Made by a program: the position numbers and the translations under genes. A stretch of DNA of 64,000 nt from an uncultured Nitrospinota bacterium (GTDB taxonomy: Bacteria; Tectomicrobia; Entotheonellia; J063; CAVPRW01), in assembly GCA_963707985.1 (NCBI GenBank), contig CAVPRW010000032.1, forward strand, positions 96,001 through 160,000, read 5' to 3'. The notes beneath the pieces are model-generated. The model saw nothing but the letters and a program-made list of their open reading frames with translations. It was not told where the DNA came from and searched no databases. Below, piece by piece: positions 45,101 through 54,519 of the stretch (position 1 is its first letter; the number at the start of each line of letters is the position of its first letter).

Positions 45101-47443
45101 ATGGCAACGTCGTTGGTTGGATCCCGCATTAAACGCCGCGAGGATCCGCGCCTCATTATGGGTCGTGGCACCTTTGTGGATGACATCCAGCTCCCGCGCA
45201 TGACCTACGCCGCCATTCTGCGTAGTCCCTATGCCCATGCCAGGATTCGCGGCATCGACGTCAGCAAGGCCAAAGCGCTGCCCGGAGTCGTCGCCGTGAT
45301 GACGGGGGCCGACCTGCAGGGGAAAAACGTGCCCTGCGGCTGGACGCTGCCCGATATCAAGGTCGCCCCACATCCCGCCTTGGCCGTGGGAAAGGTCCGC
45401 TATACTGGCGATGCGGTGGCGGTGGTGGTGGCAGAGGAGCGTTACATCGCCAGGGATGCACTGGACCTAATCGAGGTCGATTTCGAGCCCTTGCCTGTGG
45501 TGGTGGATGCAGAGAAAGCGATCCAACCAGGAGCCCCACAGCTTCATGATGAAGTACCCAATAACACGACTTTTGTCTGGAAGATTGCCGGAGGGGATAT
45601 CGACAAAGCCTTCCGGGAAGCGGAAGTGGTGGTGAAAGAGCGTATCGTCAATCAACGCCTGATCCCCAACGCCATCGAGCCACGCGGGATGGTGGCCCAA
45701 TACACCCCGGGCAGTGGCGATCTGATTCTTTGGACCGCCACCCAAATCCCGCATCTGGTAAGGCTCTTGCTCTCGATGGTGATCGGCATTCCTGAGCATA
45801 AAGTGCGTGTCATCGCGCCTGAGGTCGGCGGGGGATTCGGGTCGAAACTCTACCTCTATCCCGAGGAGGTCATCATCGCCACCTTGGCGAAGACGACAGG
45901 GCGCCCGGTGAAGTGGATCGAAGAACGGCGCGAGAACTATGTCGCCACCACACACGGGCGCGACCAGGTGCAATACGTGGAGGTCGCCGCGAAGCGTGAT
46001 GGCACGATTACTGGTCTGCGGGTCAAAAGCATCGCCAACATGGGAGCCTATCTATCCACCTTCGCGCCGGGGATCCCCACCATCCTCTTCGGCCTGATGC
46101 TGGCGGGTAATTATCGCATCCCCAACATCGCCTGCGAGGTGACCGGCGTACATACCAACACTACATTGGTAGATGCATACCGCGGCGCCGGGCGCCCAGA
46201 GGCCACCTATCTGGTTGAGCGCGCGGTGGATTTGACAGCCAGGGAGTTAGGGATGGACCCGGCAGAGATTCGCCGTCGGAACTTCGTCCCAGCCAACGCC
46301 TTCCCCCATACCACGGCGACTGGGGTGACATACGATAGCGGGAACTATCAACCGACCCTCGACAAAGCCCTCGAGATCGCCGGTTATCAACAACTGCGCC
46401 AGGAGCAGGAGCGGCTGCGCCAGCAGGGAAAATACCTTGGCATCGGGGTGACGACCTACGTGGAAATCTGTGGCATGGCGCCGTCCCAGGTGCTGGGCGC
46501 GGTCGGTGCCGGGGCTGGAGGTTGGGAGAGCGCCACGGTGCGCGTCCACCCGACGGGAAAGGTGACGCTCTACAGCGGCGCTTCGTCGCATGGACAAGGA
46601 CATGAGACGGCCTTCGCACAGATCGTGGGCGATGGTCTGGGCATACCTTTTGAGGATGTGGAAGTGGTCCACGGCGACACGGCCCAAGTGCAGTTCGGCA
46701 TCGGCACATTTGGCAGCCGTAGCGCCGCCGTTGGCGGTATGGCAGCGGTGATGAGCGTCAACAAGATCGAGGAAAAAGCCAAGAAGATCGCTGCGTTCTT
46801 ACTCGAAGCCGCGGAGGCGGACCTGGTGTTCGAAGGCGGCCAATTCTTCGTCAAAGGCACGCCGGGACGAGGCATTACCATCCAGCAAGTGGCCATGGCC
46901 GCCTATGTGCCTCATAAGTATCCCACCGGTTTAGAGCCTGGGTTGGAGGCTACGAGCTTTTACGACCCCTCCAACTTTACCTGGCCCTTCGGCAGTCATG
47001 TCGCGGTAGTCGAAGTGGATCCCGAAACAGGGGTGGTCAAGCTGCTGCGCTATGTGGCGGTGGATGACTGCGGCCGGGTGATCAATCCCCTCCTGGTCGA
47101 TGGACAAATCCATGGGGGGTTGGCCCAGGGCATCGCCCAGGCGCTCTATGAAGAGGCTGTCTATGATGAGAATGGACAGCTCGTCAGCGGATCGCTGATG
47201 GATTATGCCGTACCCAAGGCTGATGACCTGGTGAATTTCGAGCTGGATCGCACCGAGACGCCATCGCCGGTCAATGCCCTCGGCGTCAAAGGCATCGGCG
47301 AGGCGGGGACGATCGCGTCCAGCGCCACAATTGTCAATGCCGTGGTCGACGCGCTCGCGCCATTGGGTGTCAAACACCTTGACATGCCCCTCAAACCCGA
47401 GCGGGTATGGCAGGCGATCCAGCAAGCCCAGGCAAGGAGGTGA
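45101..47443 (+). CDS. coxL: Mo-hydroxylase large subunit (form II CoxL-like)
   Basis: AYRGAGR active-site loop (not form I AYxCSFR); GGGFGSK. Confidence 0.88.
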   Translation: MATSLVGSRIKRREDPRLIMGRGTFVDDIQLPRMTYAAILRSPYAHARIRGIDVSKAKALPGVVAVMTGADLQGKNVPCGWTLPDIKVAPHPALAVGKVRYTGDAVAVVVAEERYIARDALDLIEVDFEPLPVVVDAEKAIQPGAPQLHDEVPNNTTFVWKIAGGDIDKAFREAEVVVKERIVNQRLIPNAIEPRGMVAQYTPGSGDLILWTATQIPHLVRLLLSMVIGIPEHKVRVIAPEVGGGFGSKLYLYPEEVIIATLAKTTGRPVKWIEERRENYVATTHGRDQVQYVEVAAKRDGTITGLRVKSIANMGAYLSTFAPGIPTILFGLMLAGNYRIPNIACEVTGVHTNTTLVDAYRGAGRPEATYLVERAVDLTARELGMDPAEIRRRNFVPANAFPHTTATGVTYDSGNYQPTLDKALEIAGYQQLRQEQERLRQQGKYLGIGVTTYVEICGMAPSQVLGAVGAGAGGWESATVRVHPTGKVTLYSGASSHGQGHETAFAQIVGDGLGIPFEDVEVVHGDTAQVQFGIGTFGSRSAAVGGMAAVMSVNKIEEKAKKIAAFLLEAAEADLVFEGGQFFVKGTPGRGITIQQVAMAAYVPHKYPTGLEPGLEATSFYDPSNFTWPFGSHVAVVEVDPETGVVKLLRYVAVDDCGRVINPLLVDGQIHGGLAQGIAQALYEEAVYDENGQLVSGSLMDYAVPKADDLVNFELDRTETPSPVNALGVKGIGEAGTIASSATIVNAVVDALAPLGVKHLDMPLKPERVWQAIQQAQARR

Positions 47444-47448
47444 TGGTG

Positions 47449-48312
47449 ATGGCAGCGACCACGTTCGAGTACCATGCTCCGACCACGCTCCAGGAAGCTC
47501 TCACGCTCCTTACGCGGTATGACGGTGAGGCGAAGATTCTAGCTGGCGGCCATAGCTTGCTCCCCATCATGAATCTCCGATTGGCCCAGCCGAAAGCGCT
47601 CATCGACATCGGCAAGATCGCAGGTTTGTCGGGCATTCGCGAGGACCATGGCACGATCGTCATCGGCCCTATGACCACCCACTACATGGTGGAAAGCTCA
47701 GCGCTCCTCAAGCAGAAGCTTCCCCTGCTGCCCGAAACGGCAGCAGTCATCGGTGATGTGCAAATTCGTAACCGAGGAACCATCGGGGGAAGCATCGCTC
47801 ATGCCGATCCCGCGGGTGATCTTCCCGCTGCCGCGATCGCTCTGGATCTGCAGCTGAAGCTTGTCGGACCACGTGGAGAGCGCACCCTCAGCTCTCGAGC
47901 GTTCTTCATCGACATTCTCACCACAGCCTTGCAGCCCGATGAAATTCTCACTGAGATCCGTGTGCCGGCCTTCGCACCTCGCACCGGGAGCGCCTACGAA
48001 AAATTTCCCAATCCAGCCTCGCGCTATGCCATCGTCGGCGCTGCCGTGGTGGCCACCGTGGACGGCAACGGCGTGTGTCAGAAGGCTAGTGTCGGCCTGA
48101 ACGGTATCACGGGAAAACCGATTGCGGCATTAGGGGTCGAGCAGGCCCTCGTCGGCAAGCGCCTCGATGACCAGTCCATCCAGGAAGCGGCGGCCAAGGC
48201 GGCAGACGGCCTGGATCCGTTAGGGGACATCTTTGCCTCCGCTGTGTATCGGGCGCATCTCGCCCGCGTCTTTACGAAACGTGCCCTGACGAAGGCCAGC
48301 CGCCGGGTGTGA
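47449..48312 (+). CDS. coxM: Mo-hydroxylase FAD subunit
   Basis: AGGHSL and RNRGTIGGSIAHADP motifs. Confidence 0.92.
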   Translation: MAATTFEYHAPTTLQEALTLLTRYDGEAKILAGGHSLLPIMNLRLAQPKALIDIGKIAGLSGIREDHGTIVIGPMTTHYMVESSALLKQKLPLLPETAAVIGDVQIRNRGTIGGSIAHADPAGDLPAAAIALDLQLKLVGPRGERTLSSRAFFIDILTTALQPDEILTEIRVPAFAPRTGSAYEKFPNPASRYAIVGAAVVATVDGNGVCQKASVGLNGITGKPIAALGVEQALVGKRLDDQSIQEAAAKAADGLDPLGDIFASAVYRAHLARVFTKRALTKASRRV

Positions 48313-48336
48313 GTTTTGTAGTTGGGGGCTTTATCC

Positions 48337-48382
48337 AGGCCAGGCTTGGGGTCGGAGGATCCTACTCCAACCTGGCCTTTTT
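48337..48382 (+). terminator. Rho-independent terminator of the cox-like operon
   Basis: AGGCCAGG...CCTGGCCT stem followed by a T-run. Confidence 0.75.
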
Positions 48383-48488
48383 GTTACTGGGGTCATCGCT
48401 AGCGAGGAGACGCCTGAATTCAGTCAGCACGGCTATAGCCCGAAGCTCACGAGTGCCGTAAGGCGTCCGGCGCTCGTATGGTTGAAAA

Positions 48489-48562
48489 AGCTAACGATTA
48501 GGATAAGTCGCCTCCAAAAGCGCCAGCGCTTTTGGAGGTCGATCTTCATCCTTTTGTTAGGC
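48489..48562 (-). other. attC site (last in the array)
   Basis: + strand AGCTAAC...GTTAGGC with internal palindrome CCTCCAAAAGCG...CGCTTTTGGAGG. Confidence 0.85.
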
Positions 48563-48590
48563 CGGATTTCATCGAAAAAGGTAGCGTCTC

Positions 48591-49379
48591 CTATGTCTTA
48601 TTTCGCTTAATAGCGTCAAGACGCTTTATCAAGGAGCTAACTTCCAGACTCAGGGTTGGTCGAGATTGCGCAACGGGCTCGATGAGGTTCTTGAGATCAA
48701 GTGCGTTCTCTGCAGTCGCCAATTCAACAGCAAGATTCAATATCGTTACAGCGGTATTGTCATCGGCGGTTTCTGACAGTTGCACCAAGGACTGAAGAGA
48801 TTTATGTTCTCCAAGTCGATAACTAGCTGCTAGGAGATGGGCCTTGGCAAATACACTCTTTTCAGATACTAGTTTTGCAGCCAGGATTCCGGCAATTCTC
48901 ACTGCCCCTAAGCGACCAATTGAATCCGCGGCATACGCTCGCACACTTTCGTCTGGATCGTCCAGGGCTGTCACCAATGTTGGCAAAGCTCTGAGATCTT
49001 TCAGGCTGCCGATTGCTTCAGCCGCATGGAGTCTTACCAATGGATCGCTGTCGTGGCTAAGCGTGCGAGCTAGAGCATCAATGCCCTCCATATATCTGAG
49101 CATCCCCAAGGATTCGGCGGCCTCTATACGAACTAAAGAATCGGTATCTGTCAACAGGGTTAGAAGGGCTGCTCCAACATTCTCATCGCCTAGTTGACCA
49201 AGCGCATGGGCAACGTTTGCCCTTACGCCAGCATCAGGGAAATCCAAAAGCTCCAGCAGTACAGGTACCGACTCTTGCGCGCCCATTTCTTCCAGGTCTG
49301 CAATAGCGGCACGTCTTTCCTTGGCAGAACCATGTTTGCATTGGAAAATCAATGATTCGGTTTGCGATTTTCCGTTCAT
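48591..49379 (-). CDS. HEAT-repeat protein, putative immunity protein
   Basis: Repeated VR..AA.ALG.L units; starts 4 nt after the toxin stop. Confidence 0.8.
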   Translation of the reverse strand: MNGKSQTESLIFQCKHGSAKERRAAIADLEEMGAQESVPVLLELLDFPDAGVRANVAHALGQLGDENVGAALLTLLTDTDSLVRIEAAESLGMLRYMEGIDALARTLSHDSDPLVRLHAAEAIGSLKDLRALPTLVTALDDPDESVRAYAADSIGRLGAVRIAGILAAKLVSEKSVFAKAHLLAASYRLGEHKSLQSLVQLSETADDNTAVTILNLAVELATAENALDLKNLIEPVAQSRPTLSLEVSSLIKRLDAIKRNKT

Positions 49380-49383
49380 GATG

Positions 49384-50889
49384 TCACTCCCTGTTAGCTC
49401 TCGAGCCACGACAGCCAAGGCCTTTCTGCGTAGCGATAATCTTCTTCCATTTTTCTGTGTCGGATCGTCTCGTTTGTTGGGCCATCCTTCTCAACATTTC
49501 ACAGAGCATCTCGCGAGTGATCTCTCCAGCAGTAGCCGCAAGCCCAAGGGCAATGGCTAGGTCTCTGGCCTCGTTGACAATATGGTCGTGAACAACGCCA
49601 CCTATAGCCGTCATCAAAACGGCCGTAGTAAGCGTTCCACTGACGTCCTTCAGCATTTCTCCAAGCGCTTTAGCCTGCCTCTGCACAAGGCCGGGATCGC
49701 GCGCCACCATGGTTACAGTCGTTCCAGCAAATAGGAGAGCGCCGGCGGCGTAAAGCAGAGCCACTGCATCGGCCGGCCCGGGTTCTGGCCCATCCAGTAC
49801 CGCAACCGCGCCCACGGCCGCCCAACTGAAGTTACGCTTTTCAACGGGCTGGAGGTCGTCTTTCCGGGCTTGTGCAAACGCGCTCAGTTTCGATTCTATA
49901 CTTGTGATATGATCCTTAATTTCCTGCTGTATAAGAGGATCGACATTTGCAAAATATGGATTCGATGATAATCCGCGTAACAAATGGAGTATAAAATCCA
50001 TCCGGGAGAGCTGTTCTTCAACAGTCAGCTTGTTGAACGTCTCAATTTCGAGGCGCAAGATGCCGACATCCCATTCATATGCCTCCTTAGGGGTCAGCTT
50101 TACGAGTTTGCCGCCGCGCTGAATCCTCCGAGGGCCACCCCTCTGTTGTAAGACATGTGCAAGTTCATGCCCTAGAAGACGCCGACCCTCGTGTGTGGAA
50201 GGCGCATATTGCCCTGCCCCAAACACGAGATGCTGTCCGGCGGTATATGCCAACGCATTCACAGCCTGCGCCGATTGAGCCGCTTGCGTGTCGGTGTGTA
50301 CCCTGACGCGACTGAAGTCATAACCGAACCGAGGCTCGAAGAAGGCGCGCGTAGCCGCGTCGAGGGACTGACCAGGCTCAGCTAATACTTCGTGGATGAT
50401 TGGTGGTGCTGCAAGCTGTCCCGTATCACTGGCTTGGATGCGCTTAGTCTGCAAGGACTCGTGTTCATGGCCCTGTTGCACCGTCTGACACTGGGGGCAC
50501 CCTCCGCCGCAGGGACAAGCATGCTGTGGTAGCTGTGGCTCAGGCATGCGCATCACCTGCTCAGCGACGCGGTCTGCTTCCTCCTCGTAGATGTCTCCAG
50601 GAGTATTGACCGCGAGTTGTGGTTGAATCTTTACTGCTGCTTTAGCATGCACTGGTATCCGGGAGAAATCATGACTAAAGGAACCAGGCACGGTCGCATA
50701 GGAGACGGCCTCAAGGCCATCAGGTTTAGCCCGCAACAGCTGCTGCATGGCTTGATTTCCAATCGTGCGCTGTAAGTGAAGGAGCGAGTTTGTTTCACGG
50801 CTTTGCCCAAAATGTGCCCCCCCGGGTTTCGTAGACTTGACAGACGCAGTCTGCTGAGCTGCCCTCGGTTTCTGTGCGAAAGTGCGCAT
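49384..50889 (-). CDS. DUF4157 (eCIS-core) domain polymorphic toxin
   Basis: LQRTIGNQA, EEEADRVA, FSRVRVHTD, ALAYT and HELAHVLQQ; DGPEPGPAD pre-toxin motif; basic C-terminal tip. Confidence 0.8.
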   Translation of the reverse strand: MRTFAQKPRAAQQTASVKSTKPGGAHFGQSRETNSLLHLQRTIGNQAMQQLLRAKPDGLEAVSYATVPGSFSHDFSRIPVHAKAAVKIQPQLAVNTPGDIYEEEADRVAEQVMRMPEPQLPQHACPCGGGCPQCQTVQQGHEHESLQTKRIQASDTGQLAAPPIIHEVLAEPGQSLDAATRAFFEPRFGYDFSRVRVHTDTQAAQSAQAVNALAYTAGQHLVFGAGQYAPSTHEGRRLLGHELAHVLQQRGGPRRIQRGGKLVKLTPKEAYEWDVGILRLEIETFNKLTVEEQLSRMDFILHLLRGLSSNPYFANVDPLIQQEIKDHITSIESKLSAFAQARKDDLQPVEKRNFSWAAVGAVAVLDGPEPGPADAVALLYAAGALLFAGTTVTMVARDPGLVQRQAKALGEMLKDVSGTLTTAVLMTAIGGVVHDHIVNEARDLAIALGLAATAGEITREMLCEMLRRMAQQTRRSDTEKWKKIIATQKGLGCRGSRANRE

Positions 50890-51045
50890 GGTTAATCTCT
50901 TTCCGTTCGATTATCAAACGCCTAGACATAATGACTTCCGAGGGGTAGGCTGACCTCCGACTCAATCGCGGGTTAGCTTGCCAGCAGCCAGAGCCGCCTC
51001 GTGCACCATCGCAGGCACGATTGACCACGAACTCGGAGGTCAGCC

Positions 51046-52160
51046 ATGAGTCACTCTAGCACACTCTACGTCGGTCTGGATGTCCACAACGATTCCATTG
51101 CGGTGGCCTCTGTCGCCAAAGAGCACGCTGCTGAGGTCATTGACCTCGGCAGCATCGGCACCCGGCAGGCCGACATTGATCAACTCGTCCGCAAGCTTCA
51201 AGCCACAGCCAAACACCTGGTCTTCATCTATGAAGCGGGGCCCTGTGGCTCCTGGCTCTACTCGCGATCTGACGAAACAAGGCCATGTGTGCTGGGTCGT
51301 CGCGCCCTCCCTCATTCCCAAACAGGCCGGTGACCGCGTGAACACCGACCGTCGTGACGCGGTCCAACTGGCGCGGCTGATGCGCTCAGGGGATCTCACG
51401 CCGGTCTATGTCCCAGCGGTCGCAGACGAAGCCATTCGGGACCTGAGCCGTGCGCGTGAAGATACGCTCCACGATCTCAAGACTGCCAAGTTTCGCCTGA
51501 ACGCGTTTCTGCTGCGGCATGATATCCGCTATACCGGTCGGGCCACCTGGGGCCCAGCTCATCTGCGCTGGCTCAGCGAGGTCGTCTGTCCCACCCCAGC
51601 GCAGCCAATCGTCTTCCAAGCATATGTCCGAGCGGTCACCGAGCACACCGAACGGCTCCAGCGGCTTGACCAGGAACTCCATGAACAGGTCACCGCCTGG
51701 CGGCTTTGCCCGGTGGTGGACGCGCTCCAAGCCCTCCGTGGCGTGCAGTTGTACCGTGGCGGTCACCACCGTCGCCGCACTCGGCGACCTGACCCGCTTC
51801 GATCACCCCAGACCACTCATGAAGTATTTGGGCCTGACGCCGTCGGAATATTCGAGTGGTGAGCGCCGACACCAGGGAGGCCTCACGAAGACCGGGACTA
51901 CCCATGCCCGTCGGGCCCTCGTCGAAGGTGCTTGGGCCTATCGCGATCCGGCCAACGTGAGTCGGCACCTGCAACTCCGCCTGGAAAAGCTGCCCAAGCC
52001 GATCCAGGACACGAGTTGGAAGGCACAGGTCCGCCTGTGCAAACGCGAGCGACAACTGAGCGCACGGGGGAAAAACCCTCATCAAGTTGTGGTGGCGATT
52101 GCCCGTGAGCTGATCGCGTTGATGTGGGCCATTGCCAAGCAGGTCCATGTGACCGCCTAG
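51046..52160 (+). pseudogene. IS110 DEDD recombinase, frameshifted
   Basis: [25 protein letters not shown] and VAIAREL motifs across three frames. Confidence 0.9.
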
Positions 52161-52444
52161 ATACGGCCGCTGTATGGTCCCTGCATCGAGCGTCCCAAAG
52201 GATTTGCAGGGCAGCTCCCCAAGTCCATCGGAAGAGGTGCAGCCCCGGTGTGGTGTCACCCTCGATGGCGTTAAGAGGTTCAAAATCCTCGCTCCTAGAT
52301 CGAGGCAGGCACCTGACGGATACACGTAAGGTGGTAGCCAACCCACGGATATCAGCGTGATCAACCGTCGTCTTTACTGGCTCCGCCTCTTCCGATCAAC
52401 AAGGTGAACAACGGATGAACACGTAAAAAATCTTCACCCAGCTC
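52161..52444 (+). ncRNA. Putative bridge/seek RNA of the IS1111 element
   Basis: About 280-nt non-coding region 3' of the recombinase with two stem-internal-loop structures matching the target and the donor junction. Confidence 0.65.
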
Positions 52445-52464
52445 TTGACATCGGAAGTCATATC

Positions 52465-52548
52465 AACGCTGCGCATCAGGCGCGGCGAACAGCCGGAGCG
52501 AGGTACGAGCGGACGCTGTTGGCCGTCGCCTGCATGCGGTTGTTCGGC
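52465..52548 (-). other. attC site (R' box split by the IS)
   Basis: + strand AAC GCTGCGCATCAGGCG...CGCCTGCATGCGGTT GTTCGGC. Confidence 0.85.
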
Positions 52549-52632
52549 AAGGACCTGGCACGGCTGTCGGAACTCCCCACGACGCGCCGGGCACCACACC
52601 GACAACCGACGCTGATGCGCCTTGCGCCTGCG

Positions 52633-53451
52633 TCAGACGGTCATGCCGAGAAAGTCCGCGGCCGTCTCGATCTGCGGCATCAGCATCTCGCTGCCACGCA
52701 CGATCCCGAGACCCCGCGCCTGCGCCGCTTGCAGGAGCGGCGTGTATTCTGGTACCGCCACTACGTCCGCCACCAGCGCTGGCGCAGACACCCGCGAGAC
52801 GTCGAGAGGCAATGGCCCCTGGCCATTTTGCCCCAGGGAGGTCGCATTGATGACAATATCGAAACCGGCCGGATCAACGACGGCTCCGGCCTCGACTTTA
52901 CAAGCGGGGGCAGCACGTCGCACCCGGTCTGCCAGGTCGTCGGCCTTGGCCTGGGTGCGATTCGTGATGGCGAGGGAACCGACGCCCGCCAGGGCAAGTG
53001 CCACGGCAATGGCCTGCCCCACACCTCCCGCTCCGACCAGCAGTACCCGTGTCGCAGTATCCAAGGCCCGATGTGCTGTAAGGGCCTGGACCATCCCAAC
53101 ACCATCAAACGTCTCTCCGATCAAGCGGCCATCTGGGTCGATCCGGACAGCATTGACGGCACCGCAGGCTTGGGCATTTGGCAGCAGCACATCACACAGC
53201 TGAGCGACCGCGGCTTTGTGGGGCATGGTCACGCAAAACCCTGCAAAATCGCGCAAATGTCGCATGCCCGCGATGGTTGCCGCCAAGTGCTCGGGAGGCA
53301 CTTGCAAAGGGACGAAGAGCGCATCGACGCCACGCCGCTCCAGCAGGGCGTTCATGAGAGCCGGGGCCGACATCGGCCTCTGGACGGTGGAATAGGCGAA
53401 GTGGCCATAGAGCCGTGTCGTGGTGCTGATGGGCGGGCGACCGTGCGGCAT
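52633..53451 (-). CDS. aroE: Shikimate dehydrogenase family protein (cassette)
   Basis: VTMPHK, GAVN, GAGGVG, NRT and NATSLG motifs. Confidence 0.8.
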   Translation of the reverse strand: MPHGRPPISTTTRLYGHFAYSTVQRPMSAPALMNALLERRGVDALFVPLQVPPEHLAATIAGMRHLRDFAGFCVTMPHKAAVAQLCDVLLPNAQACGAVNAVRIDPDGRLIGETFDGVGMVQALTAHRALDTATRVLLVGAGGVGQAIAVALALAGVGSLAITNRTQAKADDLADRVRRAAPACKVEAGAVVDPAGFDIVINATSLGQNGQGPLPLDVSRVSAPALVADVVAVPEYTPLLQAAQARGLGIVRGSEMLMPQIETAADFLGMTV

Positions 53452-53516
53452 TGGGACCTCCTCTGGAAAAATGTGCAGAGATGAGGTTGTCATTTCCCCC
53501 ACCTTGATAGCATGCT

Positions 53517-53699
53517 GCCGAACGGGCCGAATGAGCGGCAGCCCCCGAAGGGGGCGTCCGTTCGATTCGGATGGATAGGCCGCGCTTTGCGCGGTCTATC
53601 CATCCCCGCTCATGCCTAGCGATAAGCGGCGGAAGCGCCGGCTTATCGCTAGGCATGAGCCGCGCGCTCCTCCGCGTCGGCTCCATGCCGTGGTTAGGC
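53517..53699 (-). other. Compound attC structure
   Basis: GCCGAAC...GTTAGGC enclosing two attC-like stems and internal GAT/ATC inverted repeats. Confidence 0.8.
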
Positions 53700-53713
53700 G
53701 ATCGCTTCCTCGC

Positions 53714-54411
53714 CTAGTAGGTGCGGAGCGAGATATGATCTGTTCTTGAATCTCTGGTGGCAATCACTCCCCGCCGACGTCGTGCCGGCCTTGTAGGCGG
53801 AGGCGCTATCTCGGGCCGGTGGGGCGGTTGAGGCTGTTTTTCGTCTGATGCCTGGTCTCTATGCCCGGCTCCTTCGTCCAGTGTTAGCTGTGTCCCACGC
53901 TGGTTGGCCGTCTCGGCAAACTCAGCTGCAAGTCGTTGCGTCAGGTGGGGTAGCTCGCTTGCCGTATCAGTATCGCCGGTAGCCTGGAGAAGGTGGACCG
54001 CTCGGCTCGTCGCCTCTTCGGCAGACATGTCGCCCCGCTCCACAAACGCAAAGAGACGCCGAAGCTCACCCGGGACACCAAGCCGCCGCTCTTGACGCTC
54101 GGGTCGATTGGACTGAAGCCCAATTGTGCTCGCAACATGGGGGAGGATAAGTCGGCTCAACCAGTCTGCGTCCTTGGCAAGGTAATCCGCACTTTGTCTC
54201 AGGCCGCCGTAGAGCATAAGTACTTTGGTCACGGCTTTGATGGTCGTCCATATTCTGGTAGACCCGATCTCGACCCGCGCGACGACTGTGATGCCAAGCT
54301 GCTCATAGCGCTGCGCGAAGTAATCTCGGCACACACCGTCCGCAAGTTACAAAAGGCGCCCTGCGGCACTCTCAAGCTCGGAATCGGCAAGCGTTTCGGT
54401 ATATCGGGCAT
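53714..54411 (-). CDS. Hypothetical cassette protein (5' end frameshifted or truncated)
   Basis: 206-aa frame ending just before an attC. Confidence 0.5.
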
Positions 54412-54461
54412 ATGGTTCTGCGATAACGATCATTGCGGTTAGGTCGCTCGCACAATCATTC

Positions 54462-54519
54462 GCCTAATGCCAGGTTGCAGCCGCTGCTGGAATCGATCGG
54501 CTGCAACCTCTTGCTAGGC
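54462..54519 (-). other. attC site (degenerate R boxes), followed by an orphan R'' at 54438-54444
   Basis: GCCTAAT GCCAGGTTGCAGCCG...CGGCTGCAACCTCTT GCTAGGC. Confidence 0.75.

Larger units (their letters stand above)
50924..52464 (+). mobile_element. IS110-superfamily (IS1111-type) element inserted in an attC R' box
   Basis: Subterminal IRs ATGACTTCCG (50931) and CGGAAGTCAT (52452), 7 nt and 3 nt from the ends; removal restores GCCT|AAC; no target duplication. Confidence 0.88.

Noticed and set aside
45101..47443. True aerobic CO dehydrogenase
   Set aside because: The active-site loop is AYRGAGR (form II/other Mo-hydroxylase), not AYxCSFR, and the gene order is S-L-M.
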